A stretch of 64,000 bases of DNA, from positions 224,001 through 288,000 of the forward strand of contig JBESAV010000001.1 in the NCBI GenBank assembly GCA_041242255.1. Reading direction: 5' to 3'. Made by a program: the position numbers and the translations under genes. The stretch's first letter is position 1. Every line of letters begins with the position of its first letter. A model generated the notes under the pieces. That model did not search any database. It saw only the letters and a list, made by a program, of their open reading frames with translations, and had not been told where the DNA came from. This document shows positions 29,341 to 39,300 of this stretch, piece by piece. The DNA is from Candidatus Altimarinota bacterium. Its GTDB lineage: Bacteria; Patescibacteriota; Gracilibacteria; UBA1369; GCA-2718715.

Positions 29341-29800
29341 GTTGTCAGACGTGTCTGCGCCATGTCTTTTGTTTTAAGTCTTGTTTTTAAGGCATTTTTA
29401 TTTTGTCTGTCAGACAAAGTCGCGTCTGGCATTGACATGGCGCAGTCAATATAAGACAATAGCCTTAGTTTAAAGACATATGTCATGACAAGTCTCTACA
29501 GTATAGACAGGCAGAACGCTGCACGGATCCTTGGTGTGTCAGTCAGGACAGTCGACAGGTATATATCATCTGGTAAGATCAGAAAGGTCAAAAATCAAGG
29601 TAGGACATGGTTGTCTAATGAAGACATTAAGTCTATGGTTTCTGACAACGTTCAGACAGGTGCTGACAATGTCGCGTCAGAGTTCTTTTCGCAGACAGAT
29701 AAAGCACAAAGACAGTCAGATCATGTCTCAAATAACAATAACTCAGATAGCTTTTCTCAAGAGTCAGCATACAGAAGGCAAGAACCTCCAAGAGACAGTC
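29341..29800. repeat. Dense array of short GAC(A)/(T)GTC motifs with nested inverted repeats
   Basis: About 40 GAC/GTC triplets in 460 bp by hand count. Inverted repeats at 29355-66/29434-45, 29402-18, 29431-50 and 29481-90. Confidence 0.75.
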
Positions 29801-30159
29801 AGATGAATTACAAATCATTGTATGAAGAAGCAAAAGACGAGTTAGAAGAAAAAAATAAAAAACTGCAACAAGCCACTTACAGAATCGGACAACTAGAGTC
29901 ACAAGTGAAATCAATGATTCCTCAAATTGAATATGAAAAAACGCAAAAGTTGTTAAGTCAGAAGGTACAAAATGCAGAAATTATGCTTAGTCAAGAAGTT
30001 CAAAAAAGAGAAACTGCAACAAAAAAACTACTTGGAGAGCTTAAAATAAAAGAAAGTGAACTTGAAAGTGAAAAGTTCAACAAAGCTATTTTTGCTATTC
30101 TTCTGTTTTTAATAACCTTCACTTTAATTTTTGTTATCTTTCTTAATTACTTAAGTTAA
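29485..30159 (+). CDS. HTH (excisionase/HTH_17-like) plus linker, coiled coil and C-terminal TM helix
   Basis: AARILGVSVRTVDRYISSGKI HTH, a long coiled coil (YKSLYEE..ATYRIGQLE) and a hydrophobic C-terminus AIFAILLFLITFTLIFVIFL. Confidence 0.85.
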   Translation: MTSLYSIDRQNAARILGVSVRTVDRYISSGKIRKVKNQGRTWLSNEDIKSMVSDNVQTGADNVASEFFSQTDKAQRQSDHVSNNNNSDSFSQESAYRRQEPPRDSQMNYKSLYEEAKDELEEKNKKLQQATYRIGQLESQVKSMIPQIEYEKTQKLLSQKVQNAEIMLSQEVQKRETATKKLLGELKIKESELESEKFNKAIFAILLFLITFTLIFVIFLNYLS

Positions 30160-30338
30160 AAAGCTTCTCTGTTTTTTGTAAAGATCTCGAGTGTTGAATA
30201 AAAATAGTGTACAGATTTCAAGCTAACCTCAACAATAGGGGCTTTTTGTCATTCGCTTAATTAGTTTTCACATAGTCTATGCAATTCAAATAGATTTACA
30301 TTCATGGTAAAATCATATGATTTAATTAAATAAATTGT

Positions 30339-33300
30339 ATGTTTGCCCGCATATCAAAACCCAAAAACAAGCTGCAGAAGGTCCAGCTCAAAGCTTTAAT
30401 AGCACTGATATTTAGTTTTTGCCTACTTTCAGTAATTGACCTTCAAAGTAATAACTACGATGATTTATTAATATTCAAGTCAGAAGTAGCTTTTGCCGAT
30501 GTAAACGTAACTTCCTGTGAGCAGTTTCAAGGTACTGCTGCAGCAGGGACAAATCTTATCGATAACCCAGGTGAGACTTTTTTACTACAAAACGATATAG
30601 ATTGTGCTGGTGCTTCAATATCACCAATATTCCCAAGCAACAACAAGTTCACTGGTATTTTCGAAGGTAATGGTTTCACATTATCAAACTTCATTGTTCC
30701 ATCTTCATCAAGAGCCTCTTTATTTGGATATACAAGTAGTTCTACAATTCAAAATCTAACAATTAGAGACGCAGGTGTTACCTGTGATACAGGTGGTTAT
30801 TGTGCGGTCTTAATCGGGGATGATACTGAGTCAACAATTGATAACATAACCTTAATCAATACAACTTTAACCCAAAATGGAGGTAACGACCGTATGGGTT
30901 CTGTAATCGGTTCAGGTTTAGGTTCTCAGGTATCAAACGTAACTGTTGATGATTTTCAACTGACTTGTGATCAACTTTTTAGTGGATCCTGTCAGTATCT
31001 AGGAGGGGCTCTAGGGTTCATCAGTGACAATGCCACAGTTCAAGCATTTATTCAAAACGTAAGCGTAAACAACGCTACTATTTATGGACACGATAACATT
31101 GGTGGGGTTATAGGTTACATAAGTGAATCAAATGCTGATAATCTTACTGCTACAAACATCACCCTAGGGGGGCTAACAAATGTAGGTGGTGTAGTAGGTC
31201 AGCTTTTAGGTACAAATGGGTTAGAAGCTTATTTAGACAACTCTAGCGCTACAAACGTTACTCATGATCCTCAGGCTTACCTAACAGCAACTGGAAATAG
31301 TTCTACTAGTGTAACAGCTGTAGGAGGGTTGATAGGTACTGCCTCAAACTATACAAGTGTAAACTGTGGAGGAGAAACCACTAATTTCTACAACTCATCT
31401 TTGGCTAGTACAGTTAAGGTCGGAGGATTGATAGGTGATGCTAACTTTTTAGCTGCTACAGCCTCTGATGCTGTTAACTACACAGTAGAAAATTGTACAA
31501 CTTCTGGTTCTATCGAAGGGCGTACCTATCTTGGTGGAGTTATCGGTGAAGCTGCTGAAGGTAGATACAACAACCTTAACTCTACAGTAAACATTAAATT
31601 CACAGGTTCATCTCCTAATATTGGTGGTGGTATAATGGGGTGGTTTGATTTTTTAAACCCAGTAGAACCTGTTGGTTTAAGTAATTGTAGTTATACAGGT
31701 CAGATTAGTCTGGGTGACTATACAGGTACTACACCAAGTTACCTTGGAGGTATAGCTGGAGACTTAGATCACGCTTCTATAGATAATTGTACAGTTGATG
31801 TTTCCATACTTTCGCCAGAATCCATTTACATAGGTGGAGCAGTTGGAGCAGCTGGTGGGTCAACTACTGACTTAAATAATGTTATTTCAAATATTACTGC
31901 TAATGTTGAATTACAAGGTGAGCAATATGTTGGTGGTATAGTCGGACAGGCTACTGGTTACCTTCTCGATAATAATTCTGCTTCAGGAACGATAGATGGT
32001 AACCCAAATGATCTAACTAGATATTTCGGAGGAATTGTCGGACAATTAAATGGTACCTCATCTGGAGTATATGCAAGAGTTACAAATAGTAATTCCTCAG
32101 TCCTAATTAGAAAAGTAGTACTTTATGCTGGTGGTATAGTCGGTTTTGGTACCTATTCTCCTATTCTACAGTCATACAACACTGGTGATATCGAAGTTTT
32201 CCAAGGTTACGCCGGAGGTATAGCTGGGTCATTACAAAATGGTAATGCAACTTTCCCAATTGAAGAAGTTTACAATACCGGTGATATATATGGGCAGTTG
32301 GACTACATTGGTGGTTTAATTGGTAATATGACTGCTGCTATTCCTATCAATAACTCTTATTCAAGGGGTAACGTAACAGGTGGTGAAAGAATAGGGGGGT
32401 TGATTGGTAATGGTTCAAATGCTCTGATTACAAATTCTTATTCAGCAGGGAGAGTAATAGGGGCTGACAATTTCGGTGGTTTTGTTGGAGCTGGTAATGC
32501 TTCTACACTATCAACAGATTCGTATTGGGACATTGAAACTTCAAAGCAAATAAATTCTTACGTTGGTACTCCAAAAACAACGGAAGAAATGTACACACCA
32601 GCTACCTATTCAACTTGGGATTCAGATACAATCTGGAATATATGTACCGAAAATTATCCAGTTCTACAGTCAGTAGGGGAATCCTGTCCAGTACTAGAGC
32701 CTGTAGTTTTTGAAGTTAACACCAATCAAGATACTTCAGACACAAACCTTGGAGATAACTTATGTGAGGATAGTAACGGGAAATGTTCATTAAGGGCAGC
32801 CATGGAGGAGTTTGATAGTTTAAACCTAGCTGGAAGAGAAAACAGAATTATATTTAACTTACCAAGTGATCAACTAACTATCCAACTAGATTCGTCATTG
32901 CCTACAGTCAACAATCTCCAGATGAACATTAATGCAACCACTCAGTCGGGGTATTTAGGAGCACCAATTGTTGAGATCGATGCCTCTTTAGTTACAGGGT
33001 CTGATCCAATATTCGATTATTCAAACGCAGACTCATCTATTTTACAAGGTTTATCAATATTTGGTTCAACACACGGTGCTAGTGCGATGATTTCTGTATT
33101 AAATTCGGACGACATAATCTTCAAAAATAACTACTTTGGTTTAGATTCACTAGGGCAAGATGGGGGTACAACTTTACCGCTAGCTTTAGAAATAGACAAT
33201 TCTGATCGAACTCTAGTTAAAGATAATATTTTTGCACATCCAGTAGATATTATTGATTCAAACAATATTGAGGCTTCAGACAATATTTTTGAGTTAATAA

Positions 33301-36300
33301 ATACAATCTCAAATGACTTCGGTCTACAATTCAGAGATGGAGCCAATGCGTTTATATTTAGAAATGATTTTTATGACATTGCTCGGGCGATTGTCATTCG
33401 AGATGACTCAGCGTCTTTGCCAGTTATTGAAAACAACATCAAAGAAAATGAAGGTACAAACATAACCTTGATGATTGATCTTATTGATGATTCAAATGCC
33501 GACACAATTGGTAAAAATACAAATGACTTAGACGATGCCGATGATGGACCAAATAAGCTTATCAATTCCCCAGAGTTAAGTCAGGTAAGTTATGACAATG
33601 CTACTAGAACTTTAACAATAAACGGTGATTTCAATTCAGAAGATGGAAATTACAGATTTGATTTCTATACCAGTGATGGTAATGACGAATCAAGAAAATA
33701 CATCAATTTCTTTATCGACTCAGTCTTAAACAACAACGTTACTTTCACTAATCAAACCTTACTAATCCCAAGAAGGGATGTGGTTCCAAGTTATATATCA
33801 GCTACAGCTCAAGATACTGATGGTAACACTTCTGAGCACAGTCAGCTTCTAGCTGTAGATTCTATCTTAATTACATCATGTGATCAGTTGGCCGGAGGTA
33901 ATCCTGCTGCTGTCGCAAATCATATTGAAGACGACTACTCAGCTTTTTATAGACTGGCAAACGATATTGATTGTTCTGCTTACACAGGTGGGACTACTTT
34001 TGATCCAATCGGCTCCAACACTTCTGCAGAATACTTCAAAGGAGTTCTAGTAGGTGACGGTTATACTATTTCAAATCTTGAAATTTCAGATGCTGGAACC
34101 TACATCGGTCTATTCGCAAGAACTGAGACAGCAATTATACAAGATGTAAATTTTGAAAATGTAAGTATAAACTGTACCACTAATTCTTCAAACTACTGTG
34201 GTTTAATTACAGGTTATGCCGACCAAACATCAGTAGAAGACATAAATGTCACACAAGGAATAGCACCAGGTGCAAACCCAGTAGGTTTAACAGGTCTTGG
34301 AACATACACAGGTGGTCTTGTTGGTTATACAAGAGCAAGTAATTTCTTAAATATTAATTCTGATCTAGATGTGATCGGTAACACTGCTTCAGATTCATAC
34401 TTTGGAGGTATTGCAGGTTACACATCATATTACAAGCCAACCAACAGAGGTTATATTCCAAATGAATTCCAAAATGTGCATGTAACAGGTGACGTAACTG
34501 GATTTTCATACGTTGGTGGTATAACTGGTAAAGGTGAAGATATAGATATGTTAGATGTTTCATACTCTGGAACAGTTACAGGTTACAGTAGTTATGTCGG
34601 AGGTATATCAGGTTCAGTAAATAGTAGTTCTTTAAGTACTGTTTTAGCTAAGGCTAAGAATGCAACTGTAAATGCAAATATAGTTTCTGGTCCTGGTGGA
34701 AGCGGAAACAGTTACGGTGGAGCCTTCGGTATAGTAAATAATGGTATTTTTGAAAACATTATGGTGACTGGTACGGTTGACGTGGAAGCTCAGACAAGAG
34801 TCGGTGGAGCTTTCGGTAGTTTAAATGGTAATTCTGCCTATGCTGTAAACGATACAATGAGTGCCTCACATCCTTTTTACGCCAAAAATATTACAGCCAA
34901 TGTTGATATTTCAAACTCAAACGGAGATGTAGGTGGTATTGCAGGTTACACAGGATATATGAACTTATCCAACATTAACTACAGCGGTACAATTTCTCAT
35001 GATTCCCCAGGTGCAAATCATTCAAATATTGCTGGTCTCATAGGTAATGGTACGTATGTTGTAGTAGATGGTGGTTCAGCGACCAGTCCAAATCCAATCA
35101 GCTATGCGACAAATAACTCCGGGGGAGCCTTCGGTAATATACCAAGGTTAGATATTGATGGTATCTCTTCAGATATTTCCCTTCCAAACATCAAATCAAA
35201 TGGTGGTGGTTTAGTCGGTTTAGCTACCTACTTAAATATTTCAAATTCATACGCTACAGGAGATATAGGTGATTCAGCTCTTCAGTCTAGTACAACACGT
35301 TTAGGAGGTCTAGTCGGAGGCTGTACTTCTGCTTTCTGTTATATTACAGATTCATATTCTACAGGTACAGTAGATGCAGACGGTTCCCGAAATGGTGGTA
35401 TTGCAGGAGATTTATCTGCCCCAGATATAGTTATGACAAATGTTTATTCAACTAGTGATATAACAGCTACAGGATTATCTGTAGGTGGTTTAGTCGGTTA
35501 TCTTTCATCAAGCGGTGGAACTGCTACCCTTACCGACACATATGCCACAGGTACTGTAGTCAGTACAATTCAAAATAACATAGGTGCTCTTATAGGGCAG
35601 CATGCAGCTGGTCAGTTAGATATCACAGAGTCTTACACCTCAGGAAATATATCAACCGGTGACTCAAATGGAGTCTCTCATTGTGGAGGTTTAGTTGGTC
35701 TATCTGCAGGAACTTTAAATGTTACAAGGTCATATTCATACGGTTCTTATAGTTGTCAGTCCCTAGGTTCTACTGGAAGTCCACATGGTTTCGGTGGTTT
35801 AGTAGGGGAGATGGCTACAGGTAGCATTCTGGATTCATATTCTCATGCAAATATTACAGCCAATTACGACAGTGGTTTCACAAGTGATGATAGTTATCTA
35901 GGTGGACTAGTTGGTAACATTACAGGTGCTACTACAGTAACAGATTCATATTCTACCGGTTCAATCACTTCCCTTTACTCTCCACCAGATCCAGCCGATG
36001 ATCCTGTTATTGGTGGATTAGTTGGTAACGCTCCATCCACTACATTTACAGATTCTTTCTGGGATACTCAAACTTCAGGAATTCTAACCTCAGCCGGAGG
36101 GACCGGTAAGTTAACGTCTGAAATGCAAGATCAAGACACCTTTACTACAGGGGGGCCTGATTGGGACTTTACGACTACTTGGGAGATGTGTGCCGGTGGT
36201 GGATACCCAACTCATCAATGGATGAATTATTGTCCACTCGACAACCCATATACTTTCGAAGTAAATACAACTAATGATACAGAAGACTCAGAACTTGGTG

Positions 36301-39300
36301 ACAGGACATGTCTCGACATCGCAGGGAACTGTTCATTAAGGGCTGCATTACAAGAAATGGCATTCATGCAAGCCAACGAACAAGAGTCTGTCAGTTATGA
36401 AATAAACTTTAACATCCCAGGTGTTGGACCGCACAATATTCAGCTGGATTCAACATTAGGTTACTTAGATACATTGAGTGGATTAACAAACCTCACAATC
36501 AATGGTGAGTCTGAACCAGACTTTACTTCTTCTCCAGTTGTTTATATTGATTCAACCGAGGTCAATTCTCCTGGTTCAAGTATCTTAAGCCTTGATGAGA
36601 CAACTAATACTGTCATCCAGGGGCTTGGGTTCATAAACTTCAACGAATCTTCAGATTCAATCCTAAATATAGCAAATTCAAACAATATAACTTTGGATAA
36701 TCTTCGCCTTGGTATCAATAGCTCAGGTCAAGACGACGGAGTCACAAGCGGAAGTGCAAGATCTATTTTATTCTCAAATACGAGTGGGTCTACCTTACAA
36801 GATTCTAGCCTTTCTAGATCGATCAGTATCGAGTCAGCTTCGGCAAACAATACTATTCAAAATAATAGTCTAAATCTAACTAATTCTACACAACCAGAAG
36901 GAGTTTATGTCTTAAATTCAAGCAATAACACTGTTTTCTCTAACACCTTCAGCTCTGTAAGTAAAGCAATGGTAGTAAACGAGGAGACAGGACAGTCAGC
37001 CATAAATAACACTCTTTCACAAAATACAGCTCAAGGAGTCACTACAAGAGTAATCGAGCTTCAAGTTGATGGCTCACCAGCAGCTAATACAAATGACATT
37101 GCTCAAGATCTTGATAACGGAGCTAACACTCTTCTAAATTTCCCTGTTATTTCAGACTCAACCTACAACGGTGTAGCAGACACCCTAAACATACAAGGTA
37201 CAGTAGAGACCGCTAATGCGGCTGACTACTACATTGAGTTTTATGAGTCAGATGGTGATACAGACGAAGCTCTTTCTTATCTAGGCGCTTCAGCTCCATT
37301 CACAGTATCAGGTAATCTATATAACTTTGATGTAACTCTTAATGGAATAACTTCAATTCCTTTAAATGTAACCTCAATCTTAATCGACTCATCAGGTAAT
37401 ACTTCACAACACAGTGCTGATATTAGCCTAAATGAGCCTCCAACCGATATTCAGATATCAAATGACACAGTTGATGAAACACCAGAAGGTGGTCCTTTCG
37501 ACACTGCAACAGTTGGAGTACTTACAACAACTGATGCTGATGTAGATGCTACTCATACCTACGAAGTCATTTCTGTTGACGGTGATACTGAATCAACAAT
37601 CTTCTCAATAGGAGGTCTAGGTGATTCGCTTATCCAGAACGTACCTTTTGATTATGAAACTAAGACTTCATACAGTGTTCTAATCAGAACAACTGACAAC
37701 AACGGAGTTTCATACCAAGAGTCTCTGACTATTCAGGTCAATGACTTAAATGATGTCTCTCCTGATCTTACTCCTGAAAACTTCAGCGTAAACGAAGACA
37801 ATGCTGATCCTCAAGCTACATTAACCGTAACAGACCCAGACACAGTCGGGACAGTCTCACTGACAATAACCGGTGGTGCCGATCAAGATGACTTTGAGTT
37901 AACCGATAATACATTAAGCTTCAAAGCAGCATCCTTGCCTTTAGATTTCGAAACAAAGTCATCTTATACCGTACAAGTTACTGCTTCTGACGGAGTTAAC
38001 ACTGACGATACGGAATCATTCACCTTCAATATTCAAGATGTTAACGAAGCTCCAACTGTCGTTAGTCCAGTTGGTGACTTCGCAGTTGATCAAGGTTCTC
38101 CTATCGCAGCAGTAGACGCTTCATCAATATTCGATGATCAAGACGCAGGTGCAAATGGTACTCTTACTTACACAGCTACACTTGCTGATACAAATCCGTT
38201 ACCAGATTGGTTGTCCTTTGATGGTACGACCTTAACAGGTGCTCCAGCCAACCAAGACGTAGGGATAACATCAATAAGGATTACAGCTCAGGACACAGGT
38301 GGATTATCCATAAGCGATACCTTTGATATAACAGTCAATAACATTAATGACGCACCTGTTGTAGAGGATCAAAACTTAGGTTCCATCCCTGAAAACACAG
38401 CTGTTTCGACAGTAGTTGGTACAGTCACAGCACTAGACCCAGATACTCCATACGGTGATACAATTTCATTCTCTATCACAGGTGGAAACACAGATTTAAA
38501 TGCTAACGAAACTTTCCCGTTCTCGATCGATTCAAGTTCAGGTGTTATTACGGTCGCTGATCCTGACGATCTAGATTTCGAAACTCAAGCAACATTCTTA
38601 CTAACAGTTACTGTTACTGATGATGGTGCAGGAAATCTATCTGATTCAGCAACTATTACCATAACCATAACTGATGCTGATGACGAAGCTCCAGTGTTTA
38701 CAACACCAGCTACATTGTCTATTCAAGAAAATGAAACTTCTATAGCAACTATTGAGTCAACAGACGTAGATACTATTGGGACAGTTCCGACATACTCAAT
38801 AACTGGTGGGCCAGATCAAGATCTGTTTACTCTAAACGAAGCCACAAACGAGTTAAGCTTTATCACAGCTCCGGATTTTGAAATCCCAACCGATGCAAAT
38901 TCCGACAGTATTTACCAAGTTGAAATAACAGCTGAAGATATAAGCGAAAATCAATCAACTCAACTCTTCTCAATCCAGGTGTCAGACCTTGAAGAGACAA
39001 CTCCTTCAAGCTCCGGTTCAGCAGGTGGAACAGGTTCAACTTCATCTCCTTTCGGAGGTTCAGATTCAGGTGATGGATCTGATTCAGGGGTGGACCAGTC
39101 TGATGACTCACAGGAAGAGTCGACTGAAGACGCTACTGACGAGCAAACTCCAGAAGAAATAGACGAAGATACGCCTGAAGACGAAACCGTAGAGGGTGAT
39201 CAAGAAGAGTCAGAAGATTCCTCTCCAGACAATGTCCAAGAGGCAGTTGATGAAGGTCAGGACGAGTCTGCCGATGACTCTAGCAGTCAAACTTCAGACA

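Noticed and set aside
28769-29363. CTGCGCCAT shared by tRNA-Pro and the upstream inverted repeat, as a possible att site
   Set aside because: Only 9 bp, from the 5' part of the tRNA rather than its 3' end. It flanks the housekeeping gene ybeY and there is no integrase.
29485-30159. HTH gene as a prophage or ICE excisionase
   Set aside because: No integrase or phage genes nearby, and the long coiled coil and TM anchor do not fit an excisionase.
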